A stretch of 64,000 nt of DNA from Eledone cirrhosa (lineage: Eukaryota), in NCBI GenBank assembly GCA_964016885.1, contig OZ024743.1, positions 84,196,001 to 84,260,000 on the forward strand. The letters are read 5' to 3'. The translations under genes were made by a program, and so were the position numbers. This document shows positions 52,378 to 63,164 of this stretch, in pieces. The notes under the pieces are model-generated. The model did not search any database and was not told where the DNA came from. It saw only the letters and a program-made list of their open reading frames with translations. Position 1 is the first letter of the stretch, and the number at the start of each line of letters is the position of its first letter.

Positions 52378-55300
52378 CTTGTGGGGTTGTGGGATCACTA
52401 GTGATATATGATGTTTCTTGGGCATTTTAGACTTAGTGGAGCCATCTCCATGTCTAAACACAACAAAATTTTTCCTCAAGAAGAGAGAGTAAAAAGAGAT
52501 GTTGATGGAGAGAGCCCCCCCCCCAGTATTGAACTGGTACTCTTTTTTTCTATAAACTTCAAAAGGATGATAGGTAAAGGTTACCTCAGTGGGATTTAAA
52601 CTGAGAGTGCAGAGAGCTGGAACAGGTACTGTTAAACATTTTATCTGATGTTCTAACAACTGCCAATTCTCCACCTATCAAAAATCTATAAAACAAATTT
52701 GATCAAAATTTCTTCTCCCTCCTCCGCCCACAATATTTTGAAAAATACCAAGATTAACCTGTAATCCCATTCTGGAACACTAAGATAGCACAAATAGCAT
52801 TGGCACTCAGAATTGAGAAATTGTTTTACATCATTAACTCTTGATGCTAAACCACCTGGTTCTATGATACAAGACTTTGTTTTAAAGTGTTTAGAATTAT
52901 CTAAAAACCTTTCATCATAATTTCATGCATAAATTGGGTTCCAAGCTCAAGCTTCTTTATCATCATCATCATTTAACGTGTTTTCCCTGCTAGCAAGGGA
53001 TGGGTGGGTCTTTACTGACCTAGTCAGTACTCAGAGCTACTGACATCTCAGATATGCTAGGGACCTATATCTCACGTAAACTCCTGTGTTCTACTGACTG
53101 CATTTTATTGTGGCATCAGCACTAGAGATGTCATGTCTGACACAGCTGAAGGATCTTTGCAATCCATTTTTTAGCAAGTTTTCTATGGCTTGATGCACTT
53201 GCTATTTGTGCTATTTAGCTACAGCCCTTTATGTTCTGGGTTCAAATCCTACTATGGTCAACTTTACTTTACATCGTCCAGAGTTAATATAATTCACTTT
53301 CTCTCTCCACAAAATGTTGGCTTTGTGCCTAAATCAGAAATCATTATTTTAATGGTATTTTGTTACTGATGCCAGGAAGCACCACAATGGTATTCCATTC
53401 TGTAGAATCTGTTTGTGTTTTCAGCTGCCACCAAGAGGTCCACCAACAGTTATGATGAATTCTCCATCAATAGCTACCATAGCTAAAAACAGACAGTTAA
53501 CATCTAGTGCTTTCAGGAGCTCTCCAACTATACAGAACCACCAGAAGGATGCAGAACCTACAAACAGCAAAGTTAGATTCTTTCTTTCTTCATTCCAATA
53601 TGGGGGGGGGGGGGGGGGGGTCTCCCCCATCTCGGCATCATTTGGAGGAAATTGACTGTTAGGGGATAGGGGACACTGGAAGCATCAGCAGGAACCAACC
53701 TGAAAAGGAAGTGGTCTCAGTCAAGTCCTGGTATTTGGCTATCTGCTGCTCCTCTGCCCAGAGTTGTTTCCGAAGTGACACAGTTGGAGGCAAAGAATGT
53801 GTTACAGTACACAGAATCCCAAATTAGAGATTAATATCCCTTGAATGGGAAGAGGGTTATTCTGTATGGGCGCTTGCCAACACCACAATTGAGGCCAGCA
53901 GGCTTCAGATGTAATGGGAAACCGACCGCATCAAAGCTTCTTCTGATGATGTCATTTAAGGCAGTTGGATAGGGTGTCGGTCTGTGACTACACAGGTTGG
54001 GTACCATGTCTCGTACATTGCATATTTTAGCATGGTTTCTGCAGCTGGTTGCTCTTCCTAATGCCAACCACCCTACAGAGTGTACTACATGCATTTTATC
54101 ATGGCACCAGCACTACCACCTTACAGTGTGTTCTAATGTATTTCTATAGTGTGGTGTGTCATATGAATGGTTTTACGTTTATAATGCAGATAGTATTAGA
54201 GATACTGATGTATTTATATGAACTAGTGTTGTATCCTATCTACAGCTGAATTCTTTACTGTTCATAATACTGATGGTGTCAAATAAGTGTCTATTTAAAA
54301 GTAATGAAATGTGACTGAATCGTATTAAAATACAAATTTTCACTTGTTCATTACTATAAACATTTAAATTAACCCAAACTGTTTATATATATGTATCAAA
54401 ATTAAATTTTGAGTTAAAAACTCAGAATAGTCCCTTATAATCAAATTAGCCCAATGAAAAAAATTTCTGAGCTTTTTATAACAAAGTAAAGAGAAAAGAA
54501 CACACACACACACGCACGCACGCACGTGTGTGTGTGTGTGTGTGTGTGTTAAAACCAGAAGGGATATAAAACTGCCAAGGTGAAGAATATATTAAATATA
54601 GATAATACGGTTTATAGAACTCAATTAAAAGGATAAATTAAGATATAGGAACCGACTGACAACTGTCAACATCCAGACAGCTTTAGGGTAGAACTGTTCC
54701 CCAATTCAATGAGGAGACATTGATTCAAATGCTTAACAATGGATGTTCGACCAATCCTCATACTAAATTTCTTAGGAAACTATAATACACACGTGTTGAA
54801 AGAGGAAAAGCACATGGGTATCACGTGCTGGGTGGTACAAACAACATACAGCTGCTAAAGAAAATAGCAGCCAGAACCGTTTGATATAGTAAAAGCTCAA
54901 CAAAAATATAGGAGCTTAATTTATCAAAATTAAATTTTGATTTGAACACACACACACACATATATATATGTGTGTGTTCTCTCTTTACTTTGTTATATAT
55001 ATATATATGTTTGTATCTATGTACACAGATAAAGTAACTTTACTTTAATTTTTCAGGTAAGCAGTTTTACTGGGAAAGATGCTTCTGAACAACTACCTGT
55101 AGTGGTTGTAACTCCACCAAGCAATATTTCAGTGTAAGTAACTGCTTTATGTGTCTTTTGTGTTTGTAACTGGTCTGTGTGTGTCTTGTGATTGTAACCC
55201 CCAGGTATTCAGTGTAAGTAACTGGTCTGTGTGTGTCTTGTGATTGTAACCCCCAAGTATTCAGTGTAAGTAAGTGGTCTGTGTGTGTCTTGTGATTGTA

Positions 55301-58300
55301 ACCCCCAGGTATTCAGTGTAAGTAACTGGTCTGTGTGTGTCTTGTGATTGTAACCCCCAGGTATTCAGTGTAAGTAACTGGTCTGTGCGTGTCTTGTGAT
55401 TGTAACCCCCAGGTATTCAGTGTAAGTAACTGGTCTGTGTGTGTCTTGTGATTGTAACCGCCAAGTATTCAGTGTAAGTAACTGGTCTGTGTGTCTTGTG
55501 ATTGTAACCCCCAGGTATTCAGTGTAAGTAACTGGTCTGTGTGTCTTGTGATTGTAACCCCCAGGTATTCAGTGTAAGTAACTGGTCTGTGTGTGTCTTG
55601 TGATTGTAACCCCCAAGTATTCAGTGTAAGTAACTGGTCTGTGTGTGTCTTGTGATTGTAACCCCCAGGTATTCAGTGTAAGTAACTGGTCTGTGTGTGT
55701 CTTGTGATTGTAACCGCCAAGTATTCAGTGTAAGTAACTGGTCTGTGTGTCTTGTGATTGTAACCCCCAGGTATTCAGTGTAAGTAACTGGTCTGTGTGT
55801 GTCTTGTGATTGTAACCCCCAGGTATTCAGTGTAAGTAACTGGTCTTTGTGTCTTGTGATTGTAACCCCCAGGTATTCAGTGTAAGTAACTGGTCTGTGT
55901 GTGTCTTGTGATTGTAACCCCCAGGTATTCAGTGTAAGTAACTGGTCTGTGTGTCTTGTGATTGTAACCCCCAAGTTTTCAGTGTAAGTAACTGGTCTGT
56001 GTGTGTCTTGTGATTGTAACCCCCAGGTATTCAGTGTAACTGGTCTGTGTGTCTTGTGATTGTAACCCCCAGGTATTCAGTGTAAGTAACTGGTTTGTAT
56101 GTGTGTGTCTTGTGATTGTAACCCCCAGGTATTCAGTGTAAGTAACTGGTCTGTGTGTCTTGTGATTGTAACCCCCAGGTATTCAGTGTAAGTAACTGGT
56201 CTGTGTGTGTCTTGTGATTGTAACCCCCAGGTATTCAGTGTAAGTAACTGGTCTGTGTGCGTCTTGTGATTGTAACCCCCAGGTATTCAGTGTAAGTAAC
56301 TGGTCTGTGTGTGTCTTGTGATTGTAACCCCCAGGTATTCAGTGTAAGTAACTGGTCTGTGTGTGTCTTGTGATTATAACCCCCAGGTATTCAGTGTAAG
56401 TAACTGGTCTGTGTGTGTCTTGTGATTGTAACCCCCAGGTATTCAGTGTAAGTAACTGGTCTGTGTGTGTCTTGTGATTGTAACCCCCAAGTATTCAGTG
56501 TAAGTAACTGGTCTGTGTGTGTCTTGTGATTGTAACCCCCAGGTATTCAGTGTAAGTAACTGGTCTGTGTGTCTTGTGATTGTAACCCCCAGGTATTCAG
56601 TGTAAGTAACTGGTCTGTGTGTGTCTTGTGATTGTAACCGCCAAGTATTCAGGGTAAGTAACTGGTCTGTGTGTCTTGTGATTGTAACCCCCAGGTATTC
56701 AGTGTAAGTAACTGGTCTGTGTGTCTTGTGATTGTAACCCCCAGGTATTCAGTGTAAGTAACTGGTCTGTGTGTCTTGTGATTGTAACCCCCAGGTATTC
56801 AGTGTAAGTAACTGGTCTGTGTGTCTTGTGATTGTAACCCCCAGGTATTCAGTGTAAGTAACTGGTCTGTGTGTCTTGTGATTGTAACCCCAGGTATTCA
56901 GTGTAAGTAACTGGTCTGTGTGTCTTGTGATTGTAACCCCCAAGTATTCAGTGTAAGTAACTGGTCTGTGTGTGTCTTGTGATTGTAACCCCCAGGTATT
57001 CAGTGTAAGTAACTGGTCTGTGTGTCTTGTGATTGTAACCCCCAAGTATTCAGTGTAAGTAACTGGTCTGTGTGTCTTGTAATTGTAACCCCCAGGTATT
57101 CAGTGTAAGTAACTGGTCTGTGTGTGTCTTGTGATTGTAACCGCCAAGTATTCAGTGTAAGTAACTGGTCTGTGTGTCTTGTGATTGTAACCCCCAGGTA
57201 TTCAGTGTAAGTAACTGGTCTGTGTGTGTCTTGTGATTGTAACCCCCAGGTATTCAGTGTAAGTAACTGGTCTGTGTGTGTCTTGTGATTGTAACCCCCA
57301 GGTATTCAGTGTAAGTAACTGGTCTGTGTGTCTTGTGATTGTAACTCCAGGTATTCAGTGTAACTGACTGGTCTGTGTGTGTCTTGTGATTGTAACCCCC
57401 AGGTATTCAGTGTAAGTAACTGGTCTGTGTGTGTCTTGTGATTGTAACCCCCAAGTATTCAGTGTAAGTAACTGGTCTGTGTGTGTCTTGTGATTGTAAC
57501 CCCCAAGTATTCAGTGTAAGTAACTGGTCTGTGTCTGTCTTGTGATTGTAACCCCCAGGTATTCAGTGTAAGTGACTGGTCTGTGTGTGTCTTGTGATTG
57601 TAACCCCCAGGTATTCAGTGTAAGTAACTGGTCTGTGTCTGTCTTGTGATTGTAACCCCCAAGTATTCAGTGTAAGTAACTGGTCTGTGTGTGTCTTGTG
57701 ATTGTAACCCCCAAGTATTCAGTGTAAGTAACTGGTCTGTGTCTGTCTTGTGATTGTAACCCCCAAGTATTCAGTGTAAGTAACTGGTCTGTGTCTGTCT
57801 TGTGATTGTAACCCCCAGGTATTCAGTGTAAGTAACTGGTCTGTGTGTGTCTTGTGATTGTAACCGCCAGGTATTCAGTGTAAGTAACTGGTCTGTGTCT
57901 GTCTTGTGATTGTAACCCCCAAGTATTCAGTGTAAGTAACTGGTCTGTGTGTGTCTTGTGATTGTAACCCCCAAGTATTCAGTGTAAGTAACTGGTCTGT
58001 GTCTGTCTTGTGATTGTAACCCCCAGGTATTCAGTGTAAGTAACTGGTCTGTGTGTGTCTTGTGATTGTAACCCCCAGGTATTCAGTGTAAGTAACTGGT
58101 CTGTGTCTGTCTTGTGATTGTAACCCCCAAGTATTCAGTGTAAGTAACTGGTTTGTGTGTGTCTTGTGATTGTAACCCCCAGGTATTCAGTGTAAGTAAC
58201 TGGTTTGTGTGTGTCTTGTGATTGTAACCCCCAGGTATTCAGTGTAAGTCACTGGTCTGTGTGTGTCTTGTGATTGTAACCCCCAGGTATTCAGTGTAAG

Positions 58301-61300
58301 TCACTGGTCTATATTTGTCTTAGAGTGGTTGTAACATCTCGAAGTACTTTTTTCAATGTAAGTAACTGGACTATGTGTCGTGTAGTGATTGTAATATCAC
58401 CAAGTATTAATAGGAGCGGGCTTGGAAAATCGTTAATTTTTCTAGGTTGTCTCCCTCTTAATTTTATAACATGTTATTTCTTGTAAAGTGCATTTTTTTG
58501 TCATGTATAATGTTTTTTTTTTATGTTTAAAGAAAACATAGGAATGTCATAGGAATGCTACTACTTAAAATGAAATATCGTTGAAGATAGATGATAAGCA
58601 AAATTTAATAACTGGTGGTGGGGTTTTCTGAAAAATTATTGGGGTGAGGGTGGGGATTATTCGAGATCCTGAGATGAATGAACTGATCTATGTGTGTCTT
58701 ATAGTGGTTGCAACAACACCAAAAGTATTATTTCACTGTGGGTAACTGCTATGTGTGTGTTTATCCTGTAGTGGTTGTAACATTATCATGTTATTAATTC
58801 TCTATGTCCTATTACCTGTAGTAATTGTAACACCTCCAAATATTAACTCAGTGTAAGCAACTGTTATATATATGTCCTATTACGCTTTATGATCATTTGA
58901 TGGTAGGTGGACTACTACTACATAGGTAGTAGTAAAACTTGTAGCACTATACTGTATGCTAGTTCTATGATGGTTATGGTGAGAGTAGTAGTTCGGTGAT
59001 GATGGTGGTTGTAGTAGAGCTACACTTTATTATTTTGAAAATAATCAACAATTTTGAGATATTTAGTAAGGGTGCAGATTGGTAGAATTGTCTGAGCATC
59101 AGAGGAAATGCTTTACAATATTTATTCCAGCTCTTTATATTCTGAGTTCAAATCCTTCTCAGGTCAACTTTGCTTTTCATCAGACAGTTGTATTATTGAA
59201 TCCCTTCAAATTGATTATTTTCAAAATTAGTTGAAAATCATTGGCAGTGTTTTGAAACGAAAGAGTTAAACTCAGCAATTTTTCTTGTAGTCAGAAAACA
59301 AAAGCAGCAACAATAACAGCAGCAACAACGACAACACCACCAGCAGCAGCAACTACATCATCATCAAAAACAAATTATTTTGTTGAAAACCCCCTGCTGA
59401 CTGAATCAAGTGTGGCTGTTCCCGATTCATCACCATCTCTAGATCGTCCCATGTCTAGCGGGAAGATGAAGAGAGAGAAAAGTTATTCAACAAGAGGAAC
59501 TCTTATAAGAGATGAAGATGAAGAAGTTGAGGTAATGAAAGATTCAAATCACACATCTCTTTTGTTTTGCTCTTGGTTCACTGTTTATCATGTGATATTC
59601 TTTGTGTGAGGTCTGTGTCTATCTTTGTCATCATCACTGCATCATTCAAAACCCTCCATGCTTTCCAAAATGTGCCAACACTACACCTGATATTCTCCCT
59701 CCATACATGTGTGTGTGTCTGTGTGTATATCATGACTCATACACGTTTCACTTTCCTGACATTTGTACATTATTCTATGTACTATACATGCACCTTTGAT
59801 GAGTTGTAGTGCACCTGAGCACTGTACCCAATAATTTCCATTATTATTAATTAATGTCTGTTTTTCCATGCTTGAATGGGTTTGTACTGGTTGTCACAGA
59901 TGCCAGCTAAGTGCTTTATCGGTGCTGCTATACTCCTTTCCTACTACCAAACACTTTACAGTGTTTTTTATGGTTTATACAGTGGATGCTCTTCCTAACA
60001 CCAACCACTTTATAGTGTACTGGGTGCATTCTATCTTGTGCCCCAACACTAGGAAGTGATCATGTCCTTGACACAGCTGATAGTTCTCTCACCCCCTTTG
60101 TTTTCTATGGTTTCTATGATAGATGCTCTACCTAACACCACCTACTTTAAAGTGTGTACTGGGTGTTTATTGTGCCACAAGCATTAGAATATTGTGTGTT
60201 AGTTTTTATCTGTAACTTTCTTTTGCTTTATCTGTCTATCTATATATATGTGTGTGTGTGTATATTCATTTGATATGGCTAAGTAGTGAGTCTGGTTTGA
60301 CTTGCACACTAGCAGGATCATCAGAAACTCCAGAGTAAAAAGGTTCATCACTTAGCCATTGTAAATATTTAAACTTTTCTTCGGTATGGAGGACTTTTTC
60401 TCATGTCCATCAATAATACACACACACATATATATATATACACACATATACACACATCTGTCTGTCTACCATATCTAAGTCTCTCTCACTATATCTATAT
60501 ATCCCATAAAACAGCCAGTGCATCTAAAGACTGACTTTGTCTTGCCTGTGAAGGATATGCCGAAGTTCTCTTTTACAACACCCGAAAACACCTTTTCTAA
60601 ACAATCCGAAAAATTGACTTCAACACCTGTTACTACTTCTGTTACCACATTTGGTAGTGGAAGCTCTCAGTCGACTGTAATATCAACAACAGCAAGTTCT
60701 GCTGTCAGTATTACAAACTTTACTACATCAGAATCAGGTTTTAAATTCTCTAGTCCCATACCAACGACACTACCAACTACAAACTTGGTACAGGAAGGGT
60801 CTCCTTCGCTTTCGGTGAGTTAATACTTTCATTCTTTGACTCTTTTTTTTTTCGTTAACATATTTCTAATCAAAGATGCTGTCTATAATTTTCAAATTAA
60901 TTTTTAGATAATCAAGAATTTGGTAGGGTTTAGAAAGTTTTCTGTCTAATTTTCAAATCATTTTGAAAATAATCAAAACTTTAGTGGGACTTAGTGAATT
61001 TTCTCATTAAGCTGGTTTTTGGAACATAACTTAACAAAAGTTCTTATATAAAATTATGATGGATGGTTTTTAGATGAATATAAACATTTCGAAATAAACA
61101 TCTTAATCTTGTAGAACCAGGGGTAGTTTAAAACTATTTTGGAATGAAAAGGGTTAAATAGAAATATTTAATTTACATCAAACCCTTTCACAGTAAAGAT
61201 CCAGTACACTTGGTAAATTGTTAGTGTTGGTACCACAAGAAAATGCACTCAACTCACTCTGTAATGTAGCATTGGTCTTACAATAAAATGCTCCCAGCCC

Positions 61301-62400
61301 ACTGTAAAGTGGTAGTGCTGGCACAATGGTAAAATATATAATGTGGTTGGTGTTAGGAAAGGCATCTAATTGTAGAAACCCTGCTAAAGTGAAATTTGTA
61401 AGCTAGATGTGGTCACTTCACTAGTTAATCCTTAGAATATGACAACACATCTGACCCATACTAACATAGAAAACATGTTAAGCTGCGATGATAGTACTGT
61501 TGTTTTAGTGCTTATTTTTATTAACTTATTGCAGGATTTCGAGTTCAGTTCCCCCGAGAAGGTGGTTGTGGATTCACCGAACAACTTGTTTCAGTTCACT
61601 CCTTCATCAACTCTACCAAAACCCAAATCAACAGCTTCTGTGTTTGCAAAACCAGGTAGGTTGATGTGAATATTTCATCTTCCATTATAGAACTTTGTGT
61701 GTGTAGATGCTTGTACATATGTATGTATAGCTTTGTGTCTATAGTTGTCTGTATAGATATATGTATTGTTTTGTGTATATAGTTGTCTGTGTAGTGTGTG
61801 TATGTGCTTAAAAAAACGTTAAATCCTGTCCCAAGCCATCAGGCTCATTTGTCCAGTGCATATTTCTGATTTCATTTTTCATTGACATTAAGTGACAGTA
61901 CCATTCCTGCCTCTGACCCTGGATTGAGGGTTAGTGTGCATGTGTTGTGTGTAAATATGTGTGATGTGTATATACGTGTCTGAGGATATATCATCATCAC
62001 CGTTTTACGTCCGTTCTTCCACGCTAGCATGGGTTAGACGGGTTGTCCTGTTGTGGGCAGTGTCTGGTCGGCTGACCATGCCTTGCTCATACAGGAACTG
62101 ATCTGGCTTGATTTCTACAGCTGGATGCCCTTCCTAACACCAACCTCATTTACAGTGAGTGCTGGGTGTATATGTACATTTATGTATGTGTATGTATATT
62201 TATGTATGTGTATATATATGTATATTTATTTATTGACCTAGCTTGTACACTGAAGACATCTGGTGGTGTGATGGATATTTTAAGTGGCAGTAAACCTGTC
62301 GATAGTAGCAGCAGCACCGCCACCAACAGTGGAGGAATTCAGGCTGCTTCTACTCTGAAGACTGGCAGTGTGATGGATATACTGGGTGGCCAAAAGAAAG
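37702..62400 (+). CDS. Nup153: Nuclear pore complex protein Nup153, 5' portion (15 exons, 2191 coding nt = 730 codons + 1 nt; gene continues beyond window)
   Basis: Manually spliced GT-AG exons join in phase without stops. Motifs typical of the Nup153 N-terminal region appear in the expected order: GGKIRSKR..KPY, LLTRFTDTIRDILLPSWL, KPRFEPS, VFYGGKTQYGGASA, RRQVNAK..VTSSTAKKISDILEMMATPISDARKIP, SGKMKREK, LPVKDMPKFSF, FKFSSPI, FEFSSP, LKTGSVMDIL. Zinc fingers and FG repeats are not in the window. Confidence 0.93.
41255..41850 (+). mobile_element. Degenerate RTE-clade LINE fragment in Nup153 intron 1
   Basis: KFKYLGVVFTSDGRQEAELSARI..PTLTYGHESWVMTERI..TGRRPRSRP; a further 3' copy lies at ~44485-44700. 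Confidence 0.85.
43700..43858 (+). CDS. Nup153: Nup153 exon 2 (SLLTRFTDTIRDILLPSWLSDFVN...EDNYS)
   Basis: cttgtag|TCA acceptor, TCT|gtaagt donor, 159 nt, phase 0-0; amphipathic-helix-like segment ending PSWL. Confidence 0.9.
43911..44464. mobile_element. Old pogo/Tigger-like MITE
   Basis: Degenerate termini tactgcatatactggtatataagcc / ggcttatatttcaatatatatagta, plus internal ggcttatactcaag. Confidence 0.5.
45399..45597 (+). CDS. Nup153: Nup153 exon 3 (SSLEGSVIGDRR...YSASNH)
   Basis: ttttccag|TCA, G|gtaaac, 199 nt, phase 0-1. Confidence 0.85.
45748..46102. mobile_element. Old TTAA-ended (piggyBac-type) MITE remnant; related pieces at ~10280, ~48388, ~49990-50545, ~52835, ~60900-61157
   Basis: Ends gaaagggTTAA; shared internal ctggttctatga.acaa..c..tttaaa..tctaaattaaa.cttc motif. 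Confidence 0.5.
46182..46403 (+). CDS. Nup153: Nup153 exon 4 (AGSLPHAGQ...VDPEDS)
   Basis: tttcag|CT, T|gtaagt, 222 nt, phase 1-1. Confidence 0.85.
47607..47722 (+). CDS. Nup153: Nup153 exon 5 (CDYESSKIWS...KPRFEPSLLASPTM)
   Basis: ctttctacag|GT, ATG|gtaatt, 116 nt, phase 1-0. Confidence 0.85.
48129..48245 (+). CDS. Nup153: Nup153 exon 6 (KDSLLSDSRSESVFYGGKTQYGGASARKRMRLNESNPYS)
   Basis: ttttctag|AAA, TCT|gtaagt, 117 nt; FYxGKTxYGGA signature. Confidence 0.92.
48497..48938 (+). mobile_element. Three head-to-tail SINE family A copies
   Basis: Core repeated three times, each followed by aattattgttttta. Confidence 0.85.
48945..49960 (-). mobile_element. Degenerate RTE-clade LINE fragment (same family as 14560-15980) in Nup153 intron 6
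   Basis: PSGKWSCLICRK..NSIRCTQCK, SFCYLGDLIS..GGC; stops and frameshifts. Confidence 0.85.
50660..50785 (+). CDS. Nup153: Nup153 exon 7 (AAMPYRRQVNAK...LEMMATPIS)
   Basis: tgtgtag|GCT, TCA|gtaagt, 126 nt; VTSSTA..I...LE.M.TP motif. Confidence 0.92.
51665..51724 (+). CDS. Nup153: Nup153 exon 8 (DARKIPMNNHNLADTVLQFT)
   Basis: ctttttag|GAT, ACT|gtaagt, 60 nt; DA.+IP motif continues exon 7. Confidence 0.9.
52173..52241 (+). CDS. Nup153: Nup153 exon 9 (PSSFKRRTRPSAAVSTFSCDSER)
   Basis: tttggtag|CCA, AGG|gtaagc, 69 nt, phase 0-0. Confidence 0.75.
53425..53571 (+). CDS. Nup153: Nup153 exon 10 (LPPRGPPTVMMNSP...EPTNSK)
   Basis: ttttcag|CTG, AAA|gttaga, 147 nt, phase 0-0. Confidence 0.85.
53650..53980 (-). 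mobile_element. Fragment of a non-LTR element with restriction-like endonuclease (CRE/NeSL-like)
   Basis: ALNDIIRRSF..VGFP..LKPAGL....GKRP..ITLFPF..G and later AEEQQIAKYQDL, resembling the NDII..EP.GL..KRPDG.TL.PW / K..KY..L REL-endonuclease motifs. Confidence 0.6.
55057..55133 (+). CDS. Nup153: Nup153 exon 11 (VSSFTGKDASEQLPVVVVTPPSNIS[V])
   Basis: tttttcag|GTAAGC, GT|gtaagt, 77 nt, phase 0-2; needed to bridge the phase between exons 10 and 12. Confidence 0.8.
55134..58310 (+). repeat. 50/52-bp satellite, ~60 copies (gtaagtaactggtct(gt)n cttgtgattgtaaccccca[g/a]gtattcagt) in Nup153 intron 11
   Basis: Period 52 (55205 to 55257), with 50-bp variants lacking one GT; older diverged copies extend to ~58865. 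Confidence 0.97.
59291..59531 (+). CDS. Nup153: Nup153 exon 12 (QKTKAATIT...SSGKMKREKSYS...DEEVE)
   Basis: ttcttgtag|T, GAG|gtaatg, 241 nt, phase 2-0; GKMKRE motif. Confidence 0.88.
60515..60814 (+). CDS. Nup153: Nup153 exon 13 (PVHLKTDFVLPVKDMPKFSF...FKFSSPI...SPSLS)
   Basis: acag|CCA, TCG|gtgagt, 300 nt, phase 0-0. Confidence 0.88.
61535..61655 (+). CDS. Nup153: Nup153 exon 14 (DFEFSSPEK...VFAKP)
   Basis: ttgcag|GAT, CAG|gtaggt, 121 nt, phase 0-1. Confidence 0.88.
62242..62400 (+). CDS. Nup153: Nup153 exon 15 (ACTLKTSGGVMDILSG...LKTGSVMDILGGQKK)
   Basis: cctag|CT, AAG|gtaatg, 159 nt, phase 1-1; LK.GSV.DIL motif present twice. Confidence 0.9.
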
Positions 62401-62579
62401 GTAATGTTCTATCTTTCTCATACTTTTAGTGTCTTGGTATGTCTAGCTACCTGCAGTCTCCACCAATCTTTATATTCACCTTTATTGGCAGTTTTCTGTT
62501 GGAACTTTTTCACATATTCTCTTTTATCATCATTTACTGTCCATCTTCCCTATTGCTGCTCCTCTTCCTCCTCCTCTCC

Positions 62580-62895
62580 CTAGCTGGTGATTGGGGGAGT
62601 CTGTCCTCTCCACCAATATGCTGCTGGATGATGGACTCCGATGATGATGTTCTTCCACACTTTCCTGACCATGGCGCTGACCTTAGCATGGTCACAGTCA
62701 AAGCACTGCGATTTCAGGTCCTCATTGATTTGTTTCACTCATGTCTTCAGTGCACTGTGCTGGATTCTCCAGTGCATGGGTCACTGTCATGACAAAAGTT
62801 GGTGTGGTAGTTTTCTGGTGCTCATCCTGCAGATGTGGCCAAACTACTGTAGCCAGTTTTGCCAGATTTGGTCTTCAAAGGAACTCCTTGAGCTA
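62580..62895 (-). mobile_element. Degenerate RTE-like LINE 3' fragment
   Basis: Minus frame reads WLQ*FGHICRMSTRKLPHQLL...KT*VKQINEDLK...RKVWKNII. Confidence 0.65.
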
Positions 62896-63164
62896 GCAAG
62901 GGTTAAACTATTTAAACATCTTACACACATACATTGTGCTATACTTATACATATATTACAATGGTTGTATTCTATTCATGTGGTTAAGTCATCGAAAGCG
63001 AAACTCTGAAAAGTAATCAATCTCAGATGTATGAGAAATTTGCCTCTACTAACAGTATTGAGTCCCCTCATCAGTAAATGTTTGTTTTTCATAATTTTAT
63101 GAGTTAACGACCCCAACACTAACATTTATATACACAGCTGTAGAAAATTTACTAAACAAAAGGT

